From: Rubrimonas sp. | GTDB lineage: Bacteria; Pseudomonadota; Alphaproteobacteria; Rhodobacterales; Rhodobacteraceae | Assembly (NCBI GenBank): GCA_036770645.1 | Contig: DAIPIU010000002.1 | Location: 4,076-68,075, forward strand | Reading direction: 5' to 3' | Length of the DNA stretch: 64,000 nt | Shown: in pieces, positions 27,838 to 39,314 of the stretch | Position numbering within the stretch: the stretch's first letter is position 1 | Layout of the letters: every line of letters begins with the position of its first letter | The notes under the pieces: generated by a model | Told to the model about the DNA's origin: nothing | Database searches by the model: none | Seen by the model: the letters and a program-made list of their open reading frames with translations, nothing else | Program-made: the position numbers and the translations under genes

Positions 27838-28653
27838 TCAGGCCAGCGCGGGATAGCCCAGCGCGTCGGCCGCCGCCGCCCGCGCCGCCACGGCCGCATA
27901 GGCCCCCTCATCGGCCGGGACCGCGCCGAGCAGGCCCAGCACGCGCCGCGCCGGCAGCGTTCCGGGCGCGCCGCAGGTCTCGACAAGGGCCTCGGTCAGC
28001 AGCGCCGCGGTCGCATCCGGAGCCGCCGCGGCCGCGATGAAGGGCAGGGACGGGGCGGGGTCGGTCCAGCCGATCGCCCGCAGCGCTCCGGCCAGCGCGG
28101 GATCGACCCTGCCGATCAGGCGCCACGTCACGCAATCGAGCGCGCAGGCGTCCGCCCGTCCCGACGCGACCGCCGCCGCCGAGGCGCGGTGGGTCCCGGT
28201 GGTCAGGACGGTCCCGAAGAATCGCCCCTGCGACGCGAGCGGCGCCAGGGCCATGCGCAGGGCATGGCAGCCCGACAGGCTGTCGGACCCGTTCATCGCG
28301 AGCCGCCGTCCGCGCAGGTCGTCCAGCGCCTGCGCTGGATCGTCCCGGCGCACGACGACCGCCGAGCGGTAGGTCGGCCCCGCGCAGCCCTCGGCCTCGT
28401 AGACGGGCGAGGCCAGCAGGCGCACGCGGCCCGCCAGCGCCGTGGCGTAGGGCCAGCCGCAGGTCTGCGACAGCAGCAGGCGCGGGTCGCTCCAGTGGTC
28501 GACGAGCGGCCCGTTCGGGCGGGTCAGGCGCGAGGGCGCGCCGAGGCCCCGCGCGCGGATCGCCGCCGCCAGCGCCTCCCACAGGGCGTCCGTCGCGGCA
28601 CGGATCTCGGGGAAGTCGTACATCGGCAGCGAGGCGGGGCCGGGTTCCCGCAC
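27838..28653 (-). CDS. PhnD/SsuA-like periplasmic-binding-protein-fold protein without signal peptide
   Basis: 271 aa. LPMYDFPEIRAATDALWEAL, LSQTCGWPY, RSAVVVRRD, NGSDSLSGCHALR and GRADACALDCVTW resemble the phosphonate-binding (PF12974-like) fold. The N-terminus is not hydrophobic. It lies 11 nt after the desaturase stop. Confidence 0.7.
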   Translation of the reverse strand: MREPGPASLPMYDFPEIRAATDALWEALAAAIRARGLGAPSRLTRPNGPLVDHWSDPRLLLSQTCGWPYATALAGRVRLLASPVYEAEGCAGPTYRSAVVVRRDDPAQALDDLRGRRLAMNGSDSLSGCHALRMALAPLASQGRFFGTVLTTGTHRASAAAVASGRADACALDCVTWRLIGRVDPALAGALRAIGWTDPAPSLPFIAAAAAPDATAALLTEALVETCGAPGTLPARRVLGLLGAVPADEGAYAAVAARAAAADALGYPALA

Positions 28654-28664
28654 GCCGTCCGCGG

Positions 28665-29618
28665 TCAGGGCGCGCGTCCCAGCGGATGGGGCACCGGGTC
28701 CTTCGCGGTCAGGAGATGCTTCCGGAACACCTCAAGATACGAGGCGTAGCGATAGCCGCGGTTGCGCGCCAGGAACCGGTCGCGCCGCGCCGCGTAAAGG
28801 CCGGGCAGCGCGTGCCATGCGAGGCGCGGATGGGCGTGATGCACCGCATGGAAGTTGTTGTTCAGGAACAGCAGCGCCAGCGGCCCGCGATCCTCGATCA
28901 CCACGCTGCGGCCCGCCGCCTGCTCGTGCGCACGGTGTTCGAGGAAGGTGCGGATCTTCAGGACCGACAGCGCCACATAGCAGGAGGCGAGATAGGCCCA
29001 TGCGGGCATGGTCCCGACCGTGGACAGCCAGACCGCCACCGGCGCGGCCCCCGCCGCGTGCAGCGCCCAGGCCCTGCGCACCGCCGCACGGTCCGGACCG
29101 GCGGTCGCGGCGCGCCATTCCCCGGCCGCGAAGCGCGCCAGCCCGATGGCGGGCCCCAGCGCCATCCTGCCGAGCAGCGTGTTGTTAGCTTGCAACAGCG
29201 CGCGCAGCGCCGGGTGCAGGCGCGCCCAGACGACCGGATCGAGGAAATTGGATTCGGGGTCGTCATAGGGGTCGGTCAGGCGCTCGTCGCGGTGATGCGC
29301 GAGGTGCAGGTCGCGGAAGCGTCCGTAGGGGATCAGCAGGCCCAGCGCCGGGAACACCAGCGCCTCCGACAGTGCCCGGCTGCGGAACGGGTGGCCGTGC
29401 AACACCTCGTGCTGCAGCGAGGAATGCTGGGTCAGGCACAGCGCCGTCAGCGGCACGGCCAGCCACAGGGTCATCGTCCCGGCCCACAGCGTCGCGCCGG
29501 CCCACAGGGCATAGGTCGCGGCCAGCAGCGCGAGCGTCGGCGTTTCGGATGCGCCGCGGGTGGCGAAGCGCGGGTGGTCTAGCCGTTCCGTCGGCGGAAG
29601 GGTCTGTGGTGCTGACAT
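28665..29618 (-). CDS. Membrane fatty-acid/lipid desaturase (three His boxes)
   Basis: 317 aa with His boxes HEVLHGH, HLAHHRDE and HAVHHAHP, plus hydrophobic helices. It is the first gene of the minus-strand cluster. Confidence 0.85.
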   Translation of the reverse strand: MSAPQTLPPTERLDHPRFATRGASETPTLALLAATYALWAGATLWAGTMTLWLAVPLTALCLTQHSSLQHEVLHGHPFRSRALSEALVFPALGLLIPYGRFRDLHLAHHRDERLTDPYDDPESNFLDPVVWARLHPALRALLQANNTLLGRMALGPAIGLARFAAGEWRAATAGPDRAAVRRAWALHAAGAAPVAVWLSTVGTMPAWAYLASCYVALSVLKIRTFLEHRAHEQAAGRSVVIEDRGPLALLFLNNNFHAVHHAHPRLAWHALPGLYAARRDRFLARNRGYRYASYLEVFRKHLLTAKDPVPHPLGRAP

Positions 29619-29656
29619 GTCACGATGCTGCCACGGCGCGCGCCGCGCGCCAGTGG

Positions 29657-29737
29657 GCGAGTTCGCGTGCGGCGATCACGCATCCACAATGAACGGCCCG
29701 ATTCATTGCGAACTCGCATCTCTCGTGCGAGATGTAA
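29657..29737. promoter_or_regulatory. Candidate operator/promoter block between the desaturase and the XRE regulator
   Basis: GCGAGTTCGC (29657-29666) and its reverse complement GCGAACTCGC (29708-29717). Inverted repeat CTCGCA-N7-TGCGAG (29713-29731). Possible promoter TTCGCG-N17-CACAAT (29662-29690). ATGTAA start-stop (29732-29737) lies 3 nt before the regulator ATG. Confidence 0.3.
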
Positions 29738-29740
29738 CCG

Positions 29741-30601
29741 ATGGATCGTCGCGCCCTCGCCGCCCTGTTCCGCGAACGCCTCGGCGCGCTGGTCGCAGGC
29801 GGGCAGGGCGGGCTTGCGCGCCTCGGCCGCGACAGCGGCGTCGACCGATCGGCGCTGAGCCAGTTCCTCGATCCCGGCGCCGACCGGCTTCCGCGCGCGG
29901 AGACGCTGCGCGCGCTGGCCGCCGCGCGGGGCGTCTCCACCGACTGGCTGGTGGGCCTCAGCCATGCCCAGCGCGGCGGGCAGGGGCTGGCCCCGAGCGC
30001 CGAGATCGAATCCGCCTTCCATGCCGATGGCGGCTCGCCCCTCGAGCGCTGGCGGCGCGAGGCGGCGGGGGGGAAGCTGCGCTATGTGCCATCGACCCTG
30101 CCGGACATGCTGCGCCTGCCCGAACTGATGGCCTGGGAGGAATCGGGACCGCAGGGCGGGGTGCGGCTGGATTTCGCCGAGGCCCTGCTCGACGACGCGC
30201 GGCTGGGCGATGTCGATGTCGAGATCGCGATGCCGCGCCAGACGCTCGGGGCGCTGGCGGCGGGGGCGGGGCTGTGGTCGGGGATGGATGCGGCGCTGCG
30301 CCGCCGCCAGCTCGCCTTCATGGCCGAGCAATGCGCGGCGCATTACCCGCGCCTGCGGCTGCACCTGCATGACGGGCGGCGCACCTATTCCGCGCCCTTC
30401 ACGGTGTTCGGCCTCGCCCGCGCCGCGATCTACCTCGGCCGGTCCTACCTCGTGCTGACGGCCGCCGATCAGGTGCGGGCGCTTGCCCGCCATTTCGACC
30501 TGCTGGTGCGCGATGCCGAGACGCCCTCCGACCGCGCCCCGGAGGCGCTGCGCGCGCTTGCCGCGTCGGTGCCGGATGATGCGAACCGCGAGGCGGTCTA
30601 G
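29741..30601 (+). CDS. XRE-family HTH transcriptional regulator with ~200-aa C-terminal domain of unknown function
   Basis: 286 aa. The N-terminal HTH is LARLGRDSGVDRSALSQFLDPG...ETLRALAAARGVSTDWLVGLS. It is divergent from the desaturase-PKS cluster. Confidence 0.75.
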   Translation: MDRRALAALFRERLGALVAGGQGGLARLGRDSGVDRSALSQFLDPGADRLPRAETLRALAAARGVSTDWLVGLSHAQRGGQGLAPSAEIESAFHADGGSPLERWRREAAGGKLRYVPSTLPDMLRLPELMAWEESGPQGGVRLDFAEALLDDARLGDVDVEIAMPRQTLGALAAGAGLWSGMDAALRRRQLAFMAEQCAAHYPRLRLHLHDGRRTYSAPFTVFGLARAAIYLGRSYLVLTAADQVRALARHFDLLVRDAETPSDRAPEALRALAASVPDDANREAV

Positions 30602-30645
30602 AGAGAGAGCGGATGCGCCGCTTCCGCTGCGCCACGGAGTTCCCG

Positions 30646-31209
30646 ATGCGCCTCGTCGCCGTTGCCCTCGCCGCTCTCGCCGCCGTCCCCGCCCTGGCCG
30701 AGCGGCCGCCCCACGCCGTCACCGGCTTCGCCGGCGCCCTGATCGATGCGCCGTGGGAGGAGGCGGCCGTCTTCTGGGACTGGGACTTCCAGTCCGCCTA
30801 TCCCGTGGGCATCGCCGCATCGGCCCGTCTGGCGCGGCCGGCGCCGGGCCTCGCCCTCGAGGCGGAGCTTCAGCTCGTTCGGCATTTCGGCGATCAGGAC
30901 CACTGGGAGGTCAACGCGCCGGTGATGACCGCCCGCTGGCTCGCCTTTCCCTGGAGCGAGACCCTGGACACCAGCGCGGCCTTCGGGCTCGGGCTGTCCT
31001 TCGCTTCCGAGGTTCCCGCCGCCGAGGTCGCCCTCGAGGGCGAGTCGGAGCAGATCCTGGCCTACTGGATGATCGAGCTCGATGCGGGCCTGCCCGAAAG
31101 CCCCTGGCGCGTCGCGGGGCGCCTGCACCACCGCTCGACCGCTTTCGGCGCCTTCGGCGAGGACGGCGGCAGCAATGCATTGGTCGTGGGCGTGAAGCGG
31201 CTGTTCTGA
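30646..31209 (+). CDS. PagL-like acyloxyacyl hydrolase / lipid A deacylase-type outer-membrane beta-barrel
   Basis: Signal peptide [22 protein letters not shown](T) resembles the PagL His-x-Ser catalytic motif. The C-terminus is VGVKRLF. Start at the second ATG; 30613 is an alternative. Confidence 0.55.
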   Translation: MRLVAVALAALAAVPALAERPPHAVTGFAGALIDAPWEEAAVFWDWDFQSAYPVGIAASARLARPAPGLALEAELQLVRHFGDQDHWEVNAPVMTARWLAFPWSETLDTSAAFGLGLSFASEVPAAEVALEGESEQILAYWMIELDAGLPESPWRVAGRLHHRSTAFGAFGEDGGSNALVVGVKRLF

Positions 31210-31339
31210 TTCGGCGGCGGAGCCGCGGCCCGCATGCCGCAGGGCCGCGACCTCGGGCCCCGCCCGTCACCGCGCGCTTGCGGACCGGTGCGCGGGATGT
31301 ATCTTCCGGTCAGCCATGCCGCCAACCGGAGCCGCGCCC

Positions 31340-31519
31340 ATGATCGACGCCCCCGAGGTCGTTCTCGTCGATGCCGACCGCGTGTCCTGCGAGGGCGAGG
31401 GCGGGGCGCTCGGCCATCCGCGCGTCTGGTACAGCATCCCGAAGGACACCGGCTGGGTCGACTGCAAGTACTGCGACCGCCGCTTCGTCCGCCGGGGCGG
31501 GGCGGCCGACCGGGGCTGA
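31340..31519 (+). CDS. zf-CHCC zinc-finger protein (NDUFS6 C-terminal-like)
   Basis: [19 protein letters not shown]...[11 protein letters not shown] matches the CHCC finger pattern. The start is MIDAPEV; 31316 is an alternative. Confidence 0.7.
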   Translation: MIDAPEVVLVDADRVSCEGEGGALGHPRVWYSIPKDTGWVDCKYCDRRFVRRGGAADRG

Positions 31520-31544
31520 CCGGGGCTGACCGGATGATGTCCGC

Positions 31545-31835
31545 TCAGGGCGGCGCGGCGGGTTCCGTCTCGGCGTAGAGCAGCCTCGCCTCCGCGGCCG
31601 GCCCGCGCCGGTCGCCCAGCGCGGTCACCGTCAGCACCCTCACCGCGCCGCCCGCGCTGACCGTCAGCACGTCGCCGATCCGCACGCGCGCGCCGGGCTT
31701 TTCGATTCGGCGGCCATTGATGCGGACGCCGCGCGCGCAGGCCGTCGCGGCGAGGGATCGGCTGCGATGCAGGCGCGCCCGCCACAGCCAGACGTCGAGG
31801 CGCAGGGCCTCGCCGGCTTCCGCCCCGTCGCTCAT
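31545..31835 (-). CDS. S4-domain RNA-binding protein (Hsp15/HslR-like)
   Basis: 96 aa. LRLDVWLWRARLHRSRSLAATACARGVRINGRRIEKPGARVRIGDVL is a typical S4 fold signature. Confidence 0.8.
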   Translation of the reverse strand: MSDGAEAGEALRLDVWLWRARLHRSRSLAATACARGVRINGRRIEKPGARVRIGDVLTVSAGGAVRVLTVTALGDRRGPAAEARLLYAETEPAAPP

Positions 31836-31896
31836 CGGGACTGGCGCGGGCCCCGGCCCCGCGGCGGGCGTCTGCGCGCGGTCGCGCGGCCGTCGG

Positions 31897-35397
<3,501 letters not shown>

Positions 35398-35463
35398 CGG
35401 GCGCGTCCTTCGGTCGGGGCGCAGAGGGGGCAGGGCGCCGCCCGGCGGCGGGGGCGTGGTCCC

Positions 35464-36102
35464 TCAGATGTCGCGGCCGTCCACCTTCGGCGCAAGGCGG
35501 TCGACCATCTCGCGCCCGGACTCGAGATGCGGGTTCAGGCGAAGCGCCTCGCGCATGGCGGCCAGCGCCCCGCGTTCGTCGCCCGTGCGCTCGAGCATCG
35601 CCGCAAGCCCGGCCAGCGCCCCGTAATGCCGCGGCTCGAGCGCGAGCGCGCGCTGGAGGTCTGTCACCGCCATCCAGAACTCGTCCTGCAGGAAATGGGC
35701 GGTCGCACGCGTCGCGAAGCCTTCCGCGAAATCGGGCGCAAGCTCGACCAGCGCCGTCAGATGGTCCAGCGCCTTGTCCAGATCGCGCGCGTCGATGGCC
35801 TCCCGTCCGCGATACAGCAGCAGGTCCATCGAATCCGAACCCGATTCGGCCCAGAGCTCGCCGATCTCGCGCTGCAGCGCCCGCGCATCCGGGGCGGCCC
35901 CGTCCGCCAGCCGGCCGAACAGTTCGTCGAGCCTTTCGGCGCGGCGGTCGCGCCTCGCCCGCTGGCCCGTCGCCGCGTCGCCGAGCGCGGCCTGCCGCTC
36001 GGTTCCGGCCGCGGGCGGGCCGGCCGCATCCTGTGCCGCGACGGGCGCAGCGGCGAGAAGGCACAGGGTCAGGGCGCGCGCGGCTCTCATCATTGCAAGC
36101 AT
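35464..36102 (-). CDS. Secreted tetratricopeptide-repeat protein
   Basis: Signal-like N-terminus MLAMMRAARALTLCLLAAAPVAA. TPR-like repeats are present (ALDHLTALVELAPDFAEGFATRA, AVTDLQRALALEPRHYGAL). The track ORF was trimmed. Confidence 0.7.
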   Translation of the reverse strand: MLAMMRAARALTLCLLAAAPVAAQDAAGPPAAGTERQAALGDAATGQRARRDRRAERLDELFGRLADGAAPDARALQREIGELWAESGSDSMDLLLYRGREAIDARDLDKALDHLTALVELAPDFAEGFATRATAHFLQDEFWMAVTDLQRALALEPRHYGALAGLAAMLERTGDERGALAAMREALRLNPHLESGREMVDRLAPKVDGRDI

Positions 36103-36214
36103 GGAACTAGCCCCTATCCTGCGCAAGGCGAGAGTGCGCCGCGCCCATGGGGACGCGATTTCGGAAAGGCGGACGCGCAGGAACGCGCGCCGGGGACGGA
36201 CGGGGGACCACGGC

Positions 36215-36508
36215 ATGGACGATGCGCTGGAAAAGGCGCTGACGGCGCTTCAGGACAAGCTGAAGGGGCAGAAGCTCGACGCCGCGGTGAAGTTCGTCTT
36301 CACCGACATGGGCGCGCTGCGGCTCGACGGGCAGGGGGCGCGGCGCGACGACGGCGCGGCCGCCGACTGCACCATCAGCGCCACGGCCGACACCTTCCGC
36401 GCCATGTTCGACGGCGACCTCAGCCCGACGGCGGCCTTCATGTCCGGCAAGCTGCGCATCGAGGGCGACATGGGCGTGGCCATGCGCGCCGCGAGCCTGC
36501 TCGCCTGA
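36215..36508 (+). CDS. SCP2 sterol/lipid-binding domain protein
   Basis: 97 aa. FRAMFDGDLSPTAAFMSGKLRIEGDMGVAMRAASLL is a classic SCP2 C-terminal motif. Confidence 0.8.
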   Translation: MDDALEKALTALQDKLKGQKLDAAVKFVFTDMGALRLDGQGARRDDGAAADCTISATADTFRAMFDGDLSPTAAFMSGKLRIEGDMGVAMRAASLLA

Positions 36509-37425
36509 GCGCCGCCGCGGCGCAGGGTCCGCTCGGCCCCGGATCGCGCGCGCTGGCGCTTGCGGCGCGCGACGGTGCCCGCCTGCGCGGCGCGGCCATC
36601 CTGCCCGGCGCGCGCGGCCTCGCGGTGCTGCTTCAGGGGCGGACGGAGTTCCTCGAGAAACACGCGCCCGTCGCGCAGGCGCTGGCGGCGCGCGGCTTCG
36701 CGGTGGCCTCGGTCGACTGGCGGGGGCAGGGCGGCTCGGCCCGCGCGCTGCCGAACCCCCGCAAGGGCCATGTCGAGACCTTCGCCGCCTATGGCCTCGA
36801 CCTCGACGCGCTGCTGTCCGCGCCCGAGATCGCGGCGGCGGCCGGGCCGCGGCTGATGGTGGCCCATTCCATGGGCGGCTGCGTCGGGCTGCGCGCGCTG
36901 CTGCGTCCCGATCCGGGCTTCGCCGCCGCGGTGTTCTCGGCCCCGATGTGGGGATTGGCGCAGGGCCGGGCCCTGGGGCGGCTGGCGCGGGGGCTGTCCC
37001 GCGCGGCGGTCGCGCTGGGTCTCGGCGGGCGCTACGCGCCGGGCGGGGGCGATGCGCCGCTGACCGCGCAGGGCTTCGCGGGCAACCCGCTGACGGGCGA
37101 CGGGGACGAATTCGCCCGCATCGCCGCGCTGACTGCGGCCAATCCGGCTCTGGCGCTCGGCGGCCCGACCTGGGCCTGGGTGCGGGCCGCCTATGCCGAG
37201 ATCGACGCGCTGGCGCCCGCCCGCTGTCCGGTTCCGGCGCTGGTGGCGCTGGGCGGGGCCGAGGGGGTGGTCAGCCCCGCCGCCATCCGCCGCCGCGCGG
37301 CGCGGGACGGGATGCGGCTGGTCGAACTGCCCGGCGCGCGCCACGAGCCGCTGTTCGAGGCGCCGCCCCTGCGCGCCCGCCTCTGGGCGGAGATCGACGG
37401 CTTTCTCGCGGAGAGGGGTCTCTAG
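36505..37425 (+). CDS. Alpha/beta hydrolase (lysophospholipase / monoglyceride lipase-like); start codon uncertain
   Basis: VLLQGRTEFLEKH, DWRGQGGS, nucleophile elbow AHSMGG, and a late ARHEP His. There is no in-frame ATG. Candidate starts are CTG 36505 (overlapping the SCP2 stop as CTGA) and GTG 36625. Confidence 0.7.
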   Translation: MSAAAAQGPLGPGSRALALAARDGARLRGAAILPGARGLAVLLQGRTEFLEKHAPVAQALAARGFAVASVDWRGQGGSARALPNPRKGHVETFAAYGLDLDALLSAPEIAAAAGPRLMVAHSMGGCVGLRALLRPDPGFAAAVFSAPMWGLAQGRALGRLARGLSRAAVALGLGGRYAPGGGDAPLTAQGFAGNPLTGDGDEFARIAALTAANPALALGGPTWAWVRAAYAEIDALAPARCPVPALVALGGAEGVVSPAAIRRRAARDGMRLVELPGARHEPLFEAPPLRARLWAEIDGFLAERGL

Positions 37426-37621
37426 CGCGGCGGTCGTCCGGACCGGATCGGGACAGGCGCGGGCATCATGCGGTGTCCACAGCGGGGAAATCCGGCATCA
37501 CTGGCCTGTTCCTGGTCGTTCTTCCCCGAGCCGGACCGGTTCCCGGCGGCGGGCCGATCCCGGATGGCCGGCGGGCCGGCCCGGGGCTGCGGGGTGCGCC
37601 GGCGTCGGGCCCGCGCGGGTC

Positions 37622-38467
37622 CTATGCGCCCGACAGGATCGCGCGCGCCGCAGCGTGCACGCGCGGGTCGCCCGCGGCCAGCACGCGGCCGCCGGCCTGG
37701 CAGTCGCCCCCGCGCCAGTCGGTGATCAGGCCGCCCGCCCCCTCGATCACCGGGATCAGCGCCTGCACGTCGTAGGGCTCGAGGCCGGCTTCGATCACGA
37801 GGTCGATGCAGCCCGCCGCCAGCAGCGCGTAGGCGTAGCAGTCGAGCCCGTAGCGCGTCAGCCGGACCCGGTCGCGCACCGCCTCGAAACGCGCGCGCTC
37901 GTCGTCCGTGCCGATCTCGGGAAACGTCGTGGACAGCACCGCTCCGGCCAGTTCGGCGCAGGGGCGGGTGCGCAGGGGGCGGGCCTCGGCGCCGCGCCGC
38001 CAGAGCGCCTCGCGCCGCCCGCCGTGGACGAGCCCCGCGAAGCGTTCGCCGGTGAAGGGCTGGTCGATCAGGCCCAGCACGGGCCGGCGACCGTCGTTCA
38101 GCGCCACCAGCACGCCCCAGCTCGGCGTGCCGGCCATGAAGCCGCGCGTGCCGTCGATGGGGTCGAGGACCCAGACGAGGCCGGTTCCCCGCCCCGCGGC
38201 GCCCTCGCTGCGCCCCTGCTCCTCGCCCAGCACGCTGTCGCCGGGGCGCAGGCGCGCCAGCACGGCACGCATCGCGGCCTCGGCCGCGCGGTCCGCGACG
38301 GTGACGGGATCGAAGCCCGCCGCACCGCCCTTGTCCTCGGCGGCAAGGCCGCTGCTGCGGAAATGCGGCAGGATGGCTGCCCCGGCCGCATCGGCCGCGG
38401 CATCGGCGACCGCCTGAAGCGCAGACAGGACGGGCGCATCGAGCGGCGCTGCCATGGGATGGAACAT
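37622..38467 (-). CDS. hisN: Inositol monophosphatase-family enzyme, probably histidinol-phosphatase (HisN-type)
   Basis: VTVADRAAE, WVLDPIDGTRGF and WDVQALIPVIEGAGG-type motifs (here YDVQALIPVIEGAGGLITDW). ATG 38455 is an alternative start. Confidence 0.75.
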   Translation of the reverse strand: MFHPMAAPLDAPVLSALQAVADAAADAAGAAILPHFRSSGLAAEDKGGAAGFDPVTVADRAAEAAMRAVLARLRPGDSVLGEEQGRSEGAAGRGTGLVWVLDPIDGTRGFMAGTPSWGVLVALNDGRRPVLGLIDQPFTGERFAGLVHGGRREALWRRGAEARPLRTRPCAELAGAVLSTTFPEIGTDDERARFEAVRDRVRLTRYGLDCYAYALLAAGCIDLVIEAGLEPYDVQALIPVIEGAGGLITDWRGGDCQAGGRVLAAGDPRVHAAARAILSGA

Positions 38468-38650
38468 GAACCCGTCCGGTCGGGGGATGACCCGTGCGGA
38501 GCTATTCGGCCGCGGCGCCGGGGTCAACATGCCCCGCCGCCGCGGCCCAGTTGGCCGGGGTCCGGCCGACGCGATGCAGCCAGGGCCGCATCTGAACGCA
38601 CGCCTTGACGACACGCGACCCGCCATCGTTCGGGCGGATCCGACACACGC

Positions 38651-38671
38651 AAAGAAAGGGAATCCTTCCCC
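38651..38671 (-). terminator. Rho-independent terminator after the small XRE gene
   Basis: The minus strand reads GGGGAAGGATTCCCTTTCTTTG. The stem is GGGAA/TTCCC and it is followed by a T-rich tract, ~55 nt downstream of the stop at 38727. Confidence 0.5.
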
Positions 38672-38726
38672 TGTCAGGATGCCGCGGCGACCCGGAAGCG
38701 CCGCGCCCCCGAGACTGTCCGCAGCC

Positions 38727-39101
38727 TCAGGCCGCCGCGCTGAGCACCCGCGCGAGGTCGAACAGACGCCGCCGCTGGGCCTCGGGGATCGCGTAGTAGG
38801 ACCGGACGAGATCGAGCGCCTCGCGGTCCGACAGCAGGTCGCCCAGCGCCGCCTCGGCCTCGGCATGCTCGGCGACGGCCGGGGCACCGAGCCCTTCGAA
38901 GAAGAACGAGACCGGCACGTCGAGCGCCTGCGCCACGTCGAACAGGCGCGATGCCGAGACCCGGTTCATGCCGGTCTCGTATTTCTGGATCTGCTGGAAC
39001 TTGATGCCGACCTTCTCGGCCAGCTGCTGCTGGGTCATGCCCGACATCCAGCGCCTCTGGCGGATGCGCTGGCCCACATGGGCGTCGACCGGATGTTTCA
39101 T
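38727..39101 (-). CDS. Small XRE/Cro-C1-type HTH transcriptional regulator
   Basis: 124 aa with GQRIRQRRWMSGMTQQQLAEKVGIKFQQIQKYETGMNRVSASRL. Trimmed to MKHPVDAHV. Confidence 0.85.
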   Translation of the reverse strand: MKHPVDAHVGQRIRQRRWMSGMTQQQLAEKVGIKFQQIQKYETGMNRVSASRLFDVAQALDVPVSFFFEGLGAPAVAEHAEAEAALGDLLSDREALDLVRSYYAIPEAQRRRLFDLARVLSAAA

Positions 39102-39314
39102 TGTCACGTCCCCTACACTCACCACGCCCCAACCTCTGCAGGTTGCATGCCAAGTGTCGGCGCCCGTCCGACGAAACCGTCGCGATGCGAATAAGTCCGT
39201 ATCCGTAGCCACTAAGGCGGCCCCGGCGACAGGCGCGACGCGCCGCTTGTTCGGCGCGGCGACAGGAGCCGCGCCCAAGGGTTGCAAAGCGAGTCGCAAA
39301 ACGCGAAGCGGACG

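Noticed and set aside
27612-27986. An N-terminal extension of the PKS ORF to the track start (27986) or to ATG 27788/27767
   Set aside because: The 27986 start would overlap the PhnD-like gene by ~150 nt. The 27612-27767 segment has atypical A/T-ending codons and contains a promoter-like element. I favour GTG 27611, but the ATG starts cannot be excluded without data.
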